Shown here: positions 1-12,973 of the stretch, one piece after another
How positions within the stretch are numbered: the first letter of the stretch is position 1
How the letters are laid out: every line of letters starts with the position of its first letter
Source of the DNA: Azolla caroliniana
Lineage: Eukaryota > Plantae > Polypodiophyta
Reading direction: 5' to 3'
DNA length: 64,000 nt
NCBI GenBank assembly: GCA_043228905.1
Contig: JBHGNT010000013.1
Span: forward strand, 3,534,001 to 3,598,000
Translations under genes and position numbers: made by a program
The notes under the pieces: generated by a model
Databases searched by the model: none
What the model was told of the DNA's origin: nothing
What the model saw: only the letters and a program-made list of their open reading frames with translations

Positions 1-1208
1 TGTTTGGGCAGAAGCCGGTCATGCCGATGGAACGTACGATCTCCTCGTGGGCAACCGTGGACTGGAGAGACGAGATGAGCCGGGAGGAACTGTTGGCGGC
101 GCGCATACGACAGCTCGAGCGAAGACCGGGGGACGTGGAGCAGGCTGTGGGAAAGCTTCGGGTGGCAAGGACGAGGAACAAAGCCCGGTTTGACCAGACG
201 CACCGGCTCCAACCAAAGAAGATCGAGGAAGGCGACTGGGTGCTAGTCTACGATAGCAGCCTCGACAACCAGCACCGAGCGACACGGAAGTTCGCAAGAA
301 GGTGGTTCGGGCCTTACGTGGTACAAAGCGCCAACGACAACGGGACGTACCATCTGGCGGAGCTCGACGGCACGAGAATGGCGATACTGGTAGCTGGGAA
401 GCAGATCAAAGCGTTCAAGAAGCGTCACGACGACGAGCCGGATCCGGTTAACCTGGACCACGACGACGAACGATCCGAAACCGAGGAAGAACCGACGGGC
501 GGGGAATGAAGGCTGGACCGGTTTTCTCCGTCCCAACTCAATTTGGCGCATGCCGGTGGATGCGCGGTTAGGTGGGGGCGGATGTCGTGAAGAAAACCGT
601 CCACAAGTAGAATCGGTGCACCGGAGCGTAGGAACCGGCTCTTCATACACGTACGCCTTATGTTGTACATAGAAGATCCTAGGTAGGTAGATTCGGTAGG
701 TAGGAAGTTAATGGGAAACGGCTCCTTCCTTGCCTATAAAAGGAGGGAGACGAGGAGGGGAGAGGGGATCGCGGAATCAGAGAGGACGAAGTGCTGTCGG
801 GTTGTCGGCCGAAGGCTTCTCTCTCTTCCAAACTCCATAGCTTCTTTCTGTGCAGGTTTCGGGAGGCTCGCGTTGCTCGGAGGAATGCCCGAGTGCTTCC
901 GGCAACACCTCCAACCTACTCCTTTCTTTCTGTGCGTTTACGAACAGGCATCGGCATTTGTTTGCCGGCCTGTTCGGTTGTAACCGACTTCGTGCTTCTT
1001 GTTGTTTGTCTCTGTTAATATATACATACATACCTTCGTGTCTCTCTGCGTCGTGTCCCACTCGCGTCTTTGTGTCGAAGGGCCGTGTCCCTGTGAATCT
1101 ACGCCCACTCGTAGTGGGTCCCTTCCCTTCTCCTTTGTCTCTTGCTCTTCGGTACAAGACCCCCGAGGCCCCGCCTCATTCCACGCATCCGCGAGGAATA
1201 CCTCAACA
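1..1208 (+). mobile_element. 3' end of a Ty3/gypsy LTR retrotransposon (integrase C-terminus, PPT, 3' LTR 583-1208), inserted in an RTE-like LINE
   Basis: ORF 21-509 has the integrase C-terminal GPY/F motif (RRWFGPYVV). The purine tract GGTTAGGTGGGGGCGGA precedes TGTCGTGAAG...CCTCAACA, which contains a TATAAAA box. LINE coding sequence resumes at 1209. Confidence 0.85.
21..509 (+). CDS. gypsy integrase C-terminal region (partial)
   Basis: GDWVLVY...KFARRWFGPYVV...NGTYHL motif; open to the window edge. Confidence 0.8.
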   Translation: MPMERTISSWATVDWRDEMSREELLAARIRQLERRPGDVEQAVGKLRVARTRNKARFDQTHRLQPKKIEEGDWVLVYDSSLDNQHRATRKFARRWFGPYVVQSANDNGTYHLAELDGTRMAILVAGKQIKAFKKRHDDEPDPVNLDHDDERSETEEEPTGGE

Positions 1209-3372
1209 ACGTGTTGAGAGTTATGGTGACTTAACTCTTCACGACTTGTCTATGCATTGTAAGAATTTATATGAGTTATCTCTTGCCGGAAAGATGATGT
1301 GTTATGGTTCTCTTTCACATATGCCTCCCTTCTTTACAATTGAAGATATATGCATAGGACTTAAGAAATTGGCCTCTCGTAAGGCAATCAATCTTCAATG
1401 TATAAAGGCTGAAATGCTCAAATGGACAGGAAAGGAAGCACATATATGGATAAACGATATGTTTAATGATGCATTGCAACATGGTATGCCGTACGATTGG
1501 ACTACAAATTGGATCAAACCTTTACATAAAGGTAGAGATATAAATAATGTAAAAAACTATTGAACCATCATGGTTGGCTCATTAATGGCAAAACTATTTG
1601 GATGTATAATGGAATCAAAGATAAGTGTATGGGCTGAAAAAAGTGGTAAGAGAGCTTATGGACAAGCTGGCTTTCGGAAACACCATATCACCATTGATCA
1701 CCTTATCACCCCTCGAGTATTAATGGAGGAAAGTCGCCTTAGAGGTAAAGGTTTATATTGTTGCTTTGTAGACTTCAAGAAAGCTTTTGATATGGTACCT
1801 TGTGAGCATCTTTGGAGGCGAATGGAAGAACTTGAGGTGCCAAGTGAATATATGCTTGCAATTTCCTGAATTTATGAGAAGGTTATATGTCGCATGAGAG
1901 ATAAACTTTCAGATTTTTTCAAAAGCACTATTGGTGTTAAGCAAGGATGCCCACTCTCACCAACACTATTTGTTCTATGCATTGATGAATTGGAAGAAAT
2001 GGTTACCAAGTTTGCAAAGGAAGAATGTGTTGAAGAAGTTGCCATTAGGAATGTTGTAATTATGCTTTTGCTATATGCAGATGATGTAGTGCTTTTTGCA
2101 AATACTTTAGGAGATGCACAAAAGCTTATGAAGGCATTGGAAAAAATTTGCATGCATACTAAATTAAGTGTCAATAGCTCTAAAACAAAGATTATTCTTG
2201 TGAAGAGCCAAAAAAGAGATAAACCATGCATTATGTACAACAATGAGCCATTTGAATGTGTGGAAAGCTTCAAATATCTTGGCCTTGAAGTTCCTTCAAA
2301 TCATAGATGGAATGAATGTGCTACACGCCGATTAGAGGCGGGCAAGTGAGCATACTATGCATTTGAGAACACATGCAATCTTGGAGATATTAAGTGTTGG
2401 GTCCTCAAGAAATATCTTTTCGACACTTTGGTGACACCGATTCTTCTCTATAGGGTGGAAGTATGGGGCAATAGTATCCCTAAATCTATGTGGAAAGAGT
2501 TTGAAAATGTCCAAAAGCATTTTCTTACCAAGTTTCTACAAGTTAAGAAACAAACACCCTACACCCTCCTCCTTGAGACGGGATCACTTCCCATTGAGAT
2601 CATGGCCATGGAAAGGGTTGTTGAATACATGCTTAAGGTTCAAAAAAGCCCCTCACATCGACTTCCTAGAATTGCGTGGGAAGCAAGCAAAAAGATCCAA
2701 AAGACGCATAAAAGCAAAATTTTGTGTTCCAGTTGGATGCAAGATATAGAAAAATGGTTTGGTAGATGGGATGCGAGACACTTGCTTCATGATGCATCAT
2801 TACATTCTTCTGTAAATGAGGCATTTTTGCAACGCCAATGTATCATGACATGGGACAAATGTGGAGGCTCACGTTTCACAAATTATACTACACATGTTGC
2901 ACCTAACTACAAAACCATATTTTTTGCGAAACGGGGAAATCGTACACATCCATACATGTTAGAGCCCATACCGTTATCTACCATTCGAACCATTGCTTCC
3001 ATGCGACTTAGCTCACATGCATTGCGATGTGAAACAGGGCGTTGGGGTACAAGTGATGACAGTGCTCGGCTATGCACACTTTGCCCTAAACAAGTTCGCG
3101 AGTCTGAGTATCACACTTTGATACAATGCTCTGCCTTTGATCATATTTGACCATGCTTTCCACATCTCTTCGATCGAGCCCAATCTTTGCATGAATTCCT
3201 CTCACAACCCCAATGTGCACTCTCGATTGCAGCATTCATTGGTAAAGTTCTTGAACATCGAGAGTCATTACTCACTTTCACACGTATCACGTGAAATGTA
3301 ATATTTTTGGTCTCATAGGTCATATTTGACCTCCGAAGACGATAATATAATCTATCTATCTTTCTATCTATC
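1209..3372 (+). mobile_element. RTE-like LINE, RT and 3' end, with several in-frame stops
   Basis: Non-LTR RT motifs QAGFR, FVDFKKAFD, GVKQGCPLSPTLF, LLYADD and FKYLG, plus C-terminal CTLC..ESEYHTLIQC. The 3' tail is (TCTA)n and runs into a Copia LTR. Confidence 0.92.
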
Positions 3373-6300
3373 TCTTTGTTTTGCCTCATGTACGCACACA
3401 CACACACACACACACACACTCAATTATCTTCCGCTGCATTACACCACTTGCTCCATTTTTACATGGTATCAAAGCGTGTGGTTGCTTAATCCTCCTCCTC
3501 ATTTTCTTGTGTGGTGCTACACGCCGATGAACAATAGAACCGGTTCATGAACAGAGAAGAAACCACAATGAATACTCAGATGGGAAGTGCACTTCCGACG
3601 GAGAAGCTTGACAGAACGAACTTCGTATCTTGGGAATACAAGATGTATCAATACCTTGTCGGGCAAGGTTACTGGAGCTACATTGAAGGAGCTCACGAAA
3701 CGCAACCCAACCCAACACACGCTGACTATCCCACTTGGGAGCGCGCCGCAAGTTGTGTGTTGTATTTCTTGGCATCATGCGTACATGATCATATGTTGGG
3801 ATATATCAGAGAGGCAAAAACACCGAAACAGGTGTGGGAAAACCTCAAGAAAATCTTTGCAGCAAATACGGCTGCACGGAAGCTCCAACTTCGACAGGAC
3901 CTAAACAATCTACAATAGAGGGATATGTCGATCACAAGTTACACCTTGAAGATCAAGGAACTATGTGACGCCCTCAGTTCGATCAATGTCATCATCGATG
4001 ATGACAAGATGGTGCAAATATGCCTCGGTGGCATAGCACCTCGATTTGGCTCGATTAGATCGGCCATCCTTGCGAGAGAGAATCCTCCTTCCTTTTTTGA
4101 CCTCCAATCGTTATTTCTTGTTGAGGAGAATCACGTGCATCAAAGAAACAACACGCATGACAGACAAATGTTGTATTCGAATTTCGATGGAGGAAGAGGA
4201 AACGGTCGCGGAAGGAGAGCCTGATTCGGCCAAGGCCGACACAATCATGAGCGTAACCCCCACCAATGGAAAGCGGATAGATCCGGTCCTAGAGAGTTCT
4301 GTGGAAGGGGGAGTCATCATGCCAGACCAAGCAATCGTAGAAACCCAATTGAATGCGGGTATTGTGGAAAAATCGGTCATTATGAAGAGGAGGGCCGAAA
4401 GAAGAAACACGAGGCATGCCGACAGTTTACTAATTACGCTTTGAATTCCGACTACGGCGATCATGGCGGAATGTTCATAATGAAACATGAAGCACACTCG
4501 ATGTCCATACAGGCTTCAACTAGCGCATCCACCTCAAATAATGTATGGTTTGTCGATTCAGGAGCATCAAATCACATGACCTCTCATGAAGATTGGTTTC
4601 GGGAATTACGAAAACCGGAACGTCCTAGATATGTCGAGACAGGCGATGATACGACTCATCCAATATAACACATTGGGAATGTCCCATTCGGAAACGACGG
4701 CAAACAAACCTACCTAAAGAATGTACTACATGTTCCCACCATCACGAAAAACCTGGTCTCAGTCGACCAGATTGTCGAACAAGGAATGCAAGTACGATTC
4801 AACAACGATAGGTGCTTCATCGAAAAAGGTGGTCAAGTCGTAGCTCATGGTCAACGAGAAGGTCGTATGTTTATCCTCGAATCAAATGAGGTAAGTCAGC
4901 CATGTTCGCAAAGGGCCTCAAAGTCGAAATGGACTTAAATTTGTGGCACAAAAGAATCGGCCACATCAATCTCCAAAAACTTCAGAACATGCAATCGAAA
5001 AGAGTCGTAATTGGACTCCCAAACTTTACAGAAAAGGAGATTACGGGCGTATGTGAAGCATGCCAGTTCGGGAAGCAACGCCGACATCCATTCTCGAAAG
5101 AATGGAATATGAGCAAAGGGATCCTGGATGTCGTACATTCAGATGTATGGGGACCATCCCAAACGAGCACACTTAGCGGATGCCTATACTTTGTCACTTT
5201 CATCGACGACTTCTCCAGGAACACCTTGATCTACGATGAGACAAAAGAACGAAGTGTTTGGACACTTCTGGAGGTTCAAATCTGAAGTTGAAAAAGCTAC
5301 GGGTTAGCATGTACGTTGCTTTCGATCAGATGGAGGCAAAGAATACTTTTCGGATGAGTTTACGGCATATCTCCGAAAGGAAGGAATCCGATGAGAATTC
5401 ACATGCCGTCACACACCTCAGTAGAACGACGTAGCTGAGTGTAAAAACCGGCACATAGTAGAAGTTGCTCGGGCTATGATGAATGAGAAGAATTTGCTGA
5501 AATCGTACTGGGCAAAAGTGGTGAACATGGACGTATACCTAATGAATAGGTGCACAACCTTGGGAGTACACGACGTAACTCCTCATCAGAAGTTCTTTGG
5601 AAACAAGCCGAGCTTATCACATGTCCGCATTTTCGGCGCAATTGCTTATGTACATATCCTCGACGATACGTGACAAAAGCTCGACCCGAAGTCAGAGAAA
5701 TGTATCCTCGTGGGGTACTCACTCGAACAGAAGGGGTACAAATGCTACAATCCATCTACCCGAAAAGTTCGAACAAGTCGAGATGTCGTTTTCGACGAGT
5801 CCACATCCTGGTACGCACCAGAGACAACTTCGACTCCAACTCCGATATACGCCGAAATAGAGGCAGAAGCCAAAGATCAAGTTACGCGCATGTTCAACAG
5901 AAGTCCAATTACGACACAACTCAGTGGGCCGTCAGAGCCGCCGAGTGATCAAAGCACATCTCGGCCGAGTCCAAAGCTGGACAAAGGGAAGGCGAAAATG
6001 CGGGAATACGAAGATCAGTTCGAATTCGAATCAACTCACTCACTTGATAGTGAGTTCGAAGGCCTTGACATCTGGACAGACGGCGTGAAGAAAGTTTTAG
6101 AATCTGCGAACGAAAAGCTACACCGGTCCACCCGAGAGAAGAACCCCGTAAACCGTTATGGCTACAATGAGTACATGGCATATCATTACGCCTTTATGAT
6201 GAAGGTAGCGACAATACGGGAGCCGGAAATGCTTTCTGAAGCCGTAGAAGATTCGCGATGGGTCAACGCGATGGGTCAACGCGATGCATGAGGAAATAGA

Positions 6301-8210
6301 AGTGTTATGCAAAAATGAGACATGGGATCTTGTTCCTCACTTGCCGAACAAGAAAGCAATTGGTTGTAGATGGATTTACAAGGTGAAGCACAATGCCGAC
6401 GGCTTTGTAAATTGCTTCAAAGCACGTCTTGTTGCGAAAGGATACACACAAACCCACGCCGTAGACTATGAAGAGACCTTTGCCCCGGTGGCAAAAATGA
6501 CCACTGTACGGACCGTAATTGCGCTGGCAGTGGCGAAAGGGTGGCACCTCCACCAGATGGACGTGAAAAACGCCTTCCTCCAAGGAGAATTAGAAGAGGA
6601 AGTGTATATGATTCAACCACCCGGATTTGAATCACGTAACTATCCGCACGTCGTATGTTGACTTAAGAAACCACTTTATGGCCTCAAACAAGCACCGCGT
6701 GTGTGGCACTCGAAGATCACATAGTATCTTCATCAGATCGGATTTCGAATGTCAAAATCTGATACTTCTCTGTACATCTGAAATTAGTCGGATAGCCCGA
6801 TTGTCATCATCCTTTACGTGGATGATTTGGTCATCGGAGGAAAAGATCTAACTGAGATTAACAAGGTCAAATCACTTCTTTCCGGCAGATTCGAAATGAA
6901 AGACCTGCACGAGTTCCATTACTTCCTAGGCATTGAAGTAATTTGAACACTAGTTAGAATAATGATATCACAACGGCACTATGTTCTCAACTTACTCTAC
7001 AAGTTCAGAATGACGGAGTGCAAATCTGTGTTTACCTCTCTCGATGGTAATTTCAAGATCGATGCTAACTCCGGCATGGCCGAGGGTGAGCCGACTCAGT
7101 ATTGCCAACTGATTGGTAGCTTAATTTATCTAACCATCACGAGACCTGACCTCAACTATTCGGTTAGTCTGCTTAGTCAATTTATGCAAAATCCGCGAAA
7201 TCCTCATCTGGATTGCGCTAAACGGATACTTCGGTATGTCAGCGCGACGATGGACTACGACATCATGTATAAGTCAAATACGATCATTCGACTCGAAGGG
7301 TAAACAAACGCAGACTGGGCAGGATACAAAGCAGATAGACAATCCACATACGGATTCGTCTTCTCTCTTGGTAGCGGAGCGATCTCCTGGAGTAGTAAGA
7401 AGCAGCCGACAATCGCACTGTCGAGCACGGAAGCTGAATACAAGGGCGCGGTAGTCGCCACATGCGAAGCTGTATGGCTCAAGCGTATACTGAACGAGTT
7501 GGGTGTACTCATCAAAGATCCAATTCGTCTATACTGCGACAACATGAGCAGTATCTACCTTGCGCAGAACTCCGTATTCCACGCGCGGACTAAGCACATT
7601 GAAGTGCACTATCATTTTATCCGCAAGCGCGTACAAACCGGAGATATCGATTTACAACATCTCAGTAAGCACCTACAGGTAGCCGACATTTTCACGAAAG
7701 CCCTTGGTGTCGATAAGCTCTGGTAGTTTGTGTCGAACCTTGGCCTATCTCTTCCCGACCAGCCGAGCTTAAGCGGGAGTACAAAATAGTGGCAGTGAAC
7801 CGATCGATCGATTGAAACCGAACAAGGAGTACGCAACCAAAAAGCCGAACAATCAAAGTTCGAAGCATTCCGAAGTATGAACCGAACAACGTACGCACGA
7901 TATACAAGTACGCAATACGCAGTTGATCAAAGCCTACGAGACGGGTCGAAGTACGAACCGAACAACCTTTCGATAGATAGAAGTTGTGTTCGAGGAGGCG
8001 TGTTGAGAATCGAACTCAACTTCCCTTAATAATAGGTTTCACACTAGCTCATGGACATACCATGCTAGTTTTGTAAATTGTAGAAAGGGCACTTGCCCTA
8101 GCTTAGTTGGTATTTAAACCAACCCTTTGTAACTTTGTTACTGTTGGATGTAATACATAGTTATCTCTGTCTTAAGCTCTCTCTCTCTCTCTCTCTGTTT
8201 TGCCTCACGT

Positions 8211-8252
<42 letters not shown>

Positions 8253-8294
8253 AATTATCTTCCTCTGCATTACACCACTTGCTCCATTTTTACA
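3373..8294 (+). mobile_element. Degenerate Ty1/copia LTR retrotransposon; 5' LTR interrupted by the LINE (remnant 3373-3463), 3' LTR 8001-8294
   Basis: PBS TGGTATCAAAGC at 3464. Domains in order: gag (KLDRTNF), PR (WFVDSGASNHM), INT (VHSDVWGP), RT (ARLVAKG, HQMDVKNAFL), RNase H ([11 protein letters not shown]). The LTR 3' ends match (CTCCATTTTTACA). Many stops and frameshifts. Confidence 0.93.
3464..3475 (+). other. Primer binding site (tRNA-iMet) of the Copia element
   Basis: TGGTATCAAAGC directly after the LTR-terminal CA; one mismatch to TGGTATCAGAGC. Confidence 0.85.
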
Positions 8295-8409
8295 GTAGGA
8301 AAGTTGTTAACTCTAAAGACACTTTGCATATATGTTCACACACTAGTAATTGGAGATGGGTTGTTTATATCATCTAGCATAGTTAAGACATCAATGGAGG
8401 ATATATATC

Positions 8410-11400
8410 TGTCATGAACATCGACTCGAATGTGAACCTTAAGCCCTTGTATATATATTTCTCCTAGACAAACTTTAGACTTCAAACCTTTATATAAAGA
8501 GTGGTATGTAAGACCTAGTATGTAAGTCTTAGTATGTAAGACCCAATATGTAAGACTCAGTATGTAAGACTTGGCATGCAAGAATTAGTATGCTTGATAT
8601 TATAGTATGTAAGACTTGGCATGAGCATGCTTATCATGCATCACTACATGTATAAAAAGGGTTGATCTCCCTTGTTAACATCAAGGAGATCAACACCAGT
8701 CATGGAATAGATATTTTTACTCATTGTCATCAACTTCTCGATCTCCCTATCTCATCAACTTCCCCATCTCTTTACCCCCAATTGTTCATCCGTGACAGAT
8801 TGATCTCCTGTTTTCCTTTTTTCCTTCTTTCTCAATACACTATCATGTCAGAATCATCTAGACTTAATCTTGAGCAAATTTTGGCGGTCGTGCAACAACT
8901 CCAACATGAAAATGCGAACTTGCGAAACTCTGTTCAAGAACTTCAGGCAACCACACCAGTTATACCTCACCCGATTGTTGACCCTTATGTTGTAGAACCC
9001 AATGTCAGCTTGCCAAACAAATTCAATGGAACAAGGTCACGGCTAAGAGGTTTCATCAACCAAATCCGCCTTATTATTCGTCTTCAGCCCCGACGCTATT
9101 CTGATGACTTTCGACAAGTTGGGCTCATCAGCACGTTGCTGACAGGACAAGCACAAGCTTGGTTTGCCCCTCTAGTGGAGACCTCTTCACCTCTCTTGAA
9201 TGACTTCCAAGCATTTCTTACCGAATTTAAGGCAACTTTTGGGGAGACCGACAAACGACGAGCCACACTCAACAAACTATATGCGTTTCAACAAGGTGAT
9301 CATCCAACATCAATCTATGCATCTGTATTTCGTCAGCTCGCATGCGATGTCGAGTGGGACGGACAAGCCCTCCTCGTTCAATTCTGCCGAGGATTACGAG
9401 GTGAGGTAAAAAATCTTTTACTTAATTTTCTTGAGCCCACATCTTTGAATGAGGCTATTTCCCAAGCTGTGCGCTGCGATGACTGTCTCTTTGAGTTCCG
9501 GCAAGAGGAACGTCGTCACCGGATCCATCCACCTTGGTCAGCCGCTACACGAAGTCACCTACCATGGTTGACAACACCGCCTCCCATGTCATCCTCCACT
9601 TCATCGTCAACTCCTGCCACAAATTCTAGCTCGCCAATGGAGATCGATCGAATTCGCTATCGACCATTGACTAATACGCAACGACAACATCGACGGGCCA
9701 ACAATTTATGTGTCTATTGTGGCAGCCTTGACCATTTGATCCGCTCTTGCCCAAAAAAGGGACCCCGTGAAACACCACATCGTGTGGATGGGATTGACAT
9801 TTTTGGTCAACAGGAAACTTCCAATGTCCAGTTGCAGTAGGGGTTGTGCATCTGAACCACAAGAGTTGACAATTATGTCAAGGGCCCAATTAATCGACTT
9901 CCTCGACAACAAGTTTCATGATTCCGATCACTCTTCAGTTTGGCTCTACCACTCTGAAGACAAAAGCTTTGTTGGATTCTAGGGCTACGTTGTGGTTTAT
10001 TGACATCATGTTTTCACGTAAACACAACATTCCAAGCAACAAATTAACCGTCCCGATTCTAGTTGAAGTGATCGACGATCGAACGCTCTCTTCTGGTGCC
10101 ATCACAAATACAACAATTCCCTTGGGTCTCCACATTGGAGCCAACCAGGAAGAAATCACTTTTAACCTCATCACATCACCTCAACATCCTATCATCTTGG
10201 GGTTATCATGGCTCGAAACTCACAATCCAGTCGTGGATTAGTTATCTCGCTCCATCAATTTCACCTCGAATTTTCACTCACAAGGTATTACGTCCACCCT
10301 TCTTCAAGCCAATGCTCTGCCATTTGTTTGGCCACCTACTCCGGTGAGGACCGTCTCAACGGTTTCTCCCACTCATGTTTTGGGGACAACTCCCGTTTCT
10401 GCTCCAGTGAGAACCACATCAATGGTTGCTCCGATTCCAGTTTTTGCTCCAGTGAGGACCACGTCAACGGTCACTCCCACCCATGTTTCAGGTGCAACTC
10501 CCATTTCTGCTCCGTTGAGGACCTAGTTATCGGTCACTCCCATTTCCTCTTTAGCGAGAACCATGTCAGCGGTTGCTCCAATAGAAACAACATCGATAGT
10601 TAGTCCCGTGTTGGCCTCGAAAATAGTTCCAATTCCTGCTCGGGTAAGCGATATAATGCTGATTGCATCCATTTCTAATTCTAAGGACATGGCGGTCATG
10701 TCCACTCCAGATACTACACTATGTACTAGCTCTTTTCCATCAAAATACAATGATTTCTCTGATGTATTTGAGAAGAAAAATGTTGATCGCTTGCCCGAAC
10801 ATCGCTCATATGATTCTCCAATTGACTTGAAAGATGGTGCGTGTCCTCCATTTGGCCCTATTTATGGGTGATCGATCACAAGAACCTCGTCTACTTCACC
10901 ACTACTCGCATTTTGAACCGGAGGCAAGCGCGATGGTCGACCTTCCTGGCTGACTATGACTTTCAAATTGTTTTTCGTCTCGGTGCCCAACATGGTAAAG
11001 CCGATGCCCTATCTCGGCGTTCGGAATTCGAAATTCGACCAGGAGATGAGACCTACAATCAACAATCACGTTGTCTCCTACAGCCACATTAGATTCAACT
11101 CTTTGCAGCTTATATGGGTGTAGATGAATCATTACTCAATGCAATAGCCACAGATACTGCCACCGAGAAATTTGCAAAAGAAATTAAGGATAATCGAGTC
11201 AACAAATCAACCATAAAGGAGGTACGGAATAGTCAAGAACAATTTATGTTTCGAGATGGTTTTCTTTTCCGGAACAACTTAATGTATGTCCCAAATGGTC
11301 CTTGTCGTATCTGTATCATGAAGGAATGCCATGATGACACCCTAGCTGGACATTTTGGCATTGCAAAAACTTTGGAGTTAATCTCTAGAAGTTATTGGTG

Positions 11401-12973
11401 GCCACAACCTTGGAAACTTGTTAAACAATTTGTGAAAACATGTGATACATGTGCCCGCGCCAAAGCAGTACATCATCGTCCCTACGGTCTACTTCAACCT
11501 TTGCCAATTCCAAGTAGGCCATGGGCCTCCATCTCGACGGATTTTATCACTGACCTTCCCGACATTGAGGGATTCAATTCACTATTAGTGGTGGTGGATA
11601 AATTCACAAAGATGCCACATTTTATTCCATGTTCTAAAGCAATTTCAGGGATGGAAACAACAGATCTATTGTTAACAAATATTGTGCGCCTTCATGGTTT
11701 ACCGGATGACATTATCTCTGATCGTGGTCCCTAATTTATGTCTCATTTCTCGAAGTGCCTCTTCCAGACTCTTGGAACTTCCACAAAATTTTCGACAGCC
11801 TTCCATCTTGAGACAGACGGTCAAACGGAACGAGTAAATCAGATCCTAGAGCAATATCTCTGATGTATCATAAGTTATCAACAAGATGATTGGATCAAAT
11901 TTCTTCCAATGGCTGAGTTCGCCTACAACAATACTCTCCACACATCAACTACTGTAACACCCTTCTTCGCAAATTATGGATTCCACCCATGCTTTAGTAT
12001 AGCTATCCTTGCTAGTTCTGTAAATCCATATGCTGAAGAACGAGCTCGTCTGATGAAAGAAGTGCATCATGACCTATCCCTAGAACTCTCAATTGCTCAA
12101 GAACGACACAAAGAGAAGGCTGATTAACATCGACGGGTTGCGCCTGATTTTAAAGTCGGTGACATGGTATGGTTATTACGTCGGCATATTCCGACAACTC
12201 GCCCATGCAACAAACTTGATTACAAAAAGTTGGGGCCATTCCGCATCATTGATAAAGTCAACACTGTGGCTTTCCGTCTTGCTCTTCCATCACACTACTG
12301 AATTCACAATGTCTTCCATGCATCACTTCTTGAGCTCTATCATCCATCCTCAATTCCAGGAAGAAGCATCGAGCCACCTCCCCCTGTGTCTTTGGCGACC
12401 GAGGATGAGTATGAAGTCGAGACCATTCTGGACTCGTGCAAGAGCCGACGAAAGCTCCAATATCTGGTATTGTGGAAAGGATATCCCATCTCTGAGGCTA
12501 CATGGGAGCCCACTAGAAATTTACTAAATGCCCCAGAAGTGGTTCATGATTTTCATCTCCGATATCCTCACAAACCCACACCTTCTTGAAGTCGACACTT
12601 AAGGGGAGGATAATTTCATGAACTTCGACTCGAATGTGAACCTTAGGCCCTTGTATATATATTTCTCCTAGACAAACTTTAGACTTCAAACCTTTGTATA
12701 AAGAGTGGTATGTAAGACCTAGTATGTAAGACTCGGTATGTAAGACTTGGCATGCAAGAATTAGTATGCTTGATATCATAGTATGTAAGACTTGGCATGA
12801 GCATGCTTATCATGCATCACTACATGTATAAAAAGGGGTGATCTCCCTTGTTAACATCAAGGAGATCAACACCAGTCATGGAATAGATATTTTTACTCAT
12901 TGTCATCAACATCTCGATCTCCCTATATCATCAACTTCCCCATCTCATTACCCCCAATTGTTCATCCGTGACA
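8410..12973 (+). mobile_element. Tcn1/Tf1-like chromovirus 'A' with RT-RNase H deleted; LTRs 8410-8797 and 12614-12973; TSD ATATC
   Basis: Direct-repeat LTRs, with ATATC at 8405-8409 and 12974-12978. Encodes gag with CCHC knuckle, PR (LLDSRAT), INT, and chromodomain (YEVETILD..YLVLWKGY..ATWEP). PPT AAGGGGAGGATAA. Confidence 0.93.
8845..9840 (+). CDS. Gag of element A (PEG10/RTL1-like, CCHC knuckle)
   Basis: LPNKFNG..LRGF and CVYCGSLDHLIRSC; likely start MSESS within the 8662-9840 ORF. Confidence 0.8.
   Translation: MSESSRLNLEQILAVVQQLQHENANLRNSVQELQATTPVIPHPIVDPYVVEPNVSLPNKFNGTRSRLRGFINQIRLIIRLQPRRYSDDFRQVGLISTLLTGQAQAWFAPLVETSSPLLNDFQAFLTEFKATFGETDKRRATLNKLYAFQQGDHPTSIYASVFRQLACDVEWDGQALLVQFCRGLRGEVKNLLLNFLEPTSLNEAISQAVRCDDCLFEFRQEERRHRIHPPWSAATRSHLPWLTTPPPMSSSTSSSTPATNSSSPMEIDRIRYRPLTNTQRQHRRANNLCVYCGSLDHLIRSCPKKGPRETPHRVDGIDIFGQQETSNVQLQ

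Noticed and set aside
1212-1220. TGTTGAGAG as the start of the Copia 5' LTR
   Set aside because: The match to the 3' LTR start (TGTTGAGAAT) ends after 8 bp and the sequence reads as LINE coding; the true LTR start is probably upstream of the window.
850-1563. 237-aa LTR-LINE fusion ORF
   Set aside because: Chance read-through from GC-rich LTR sequence into the LINE frame; the downstream LINE has stops.
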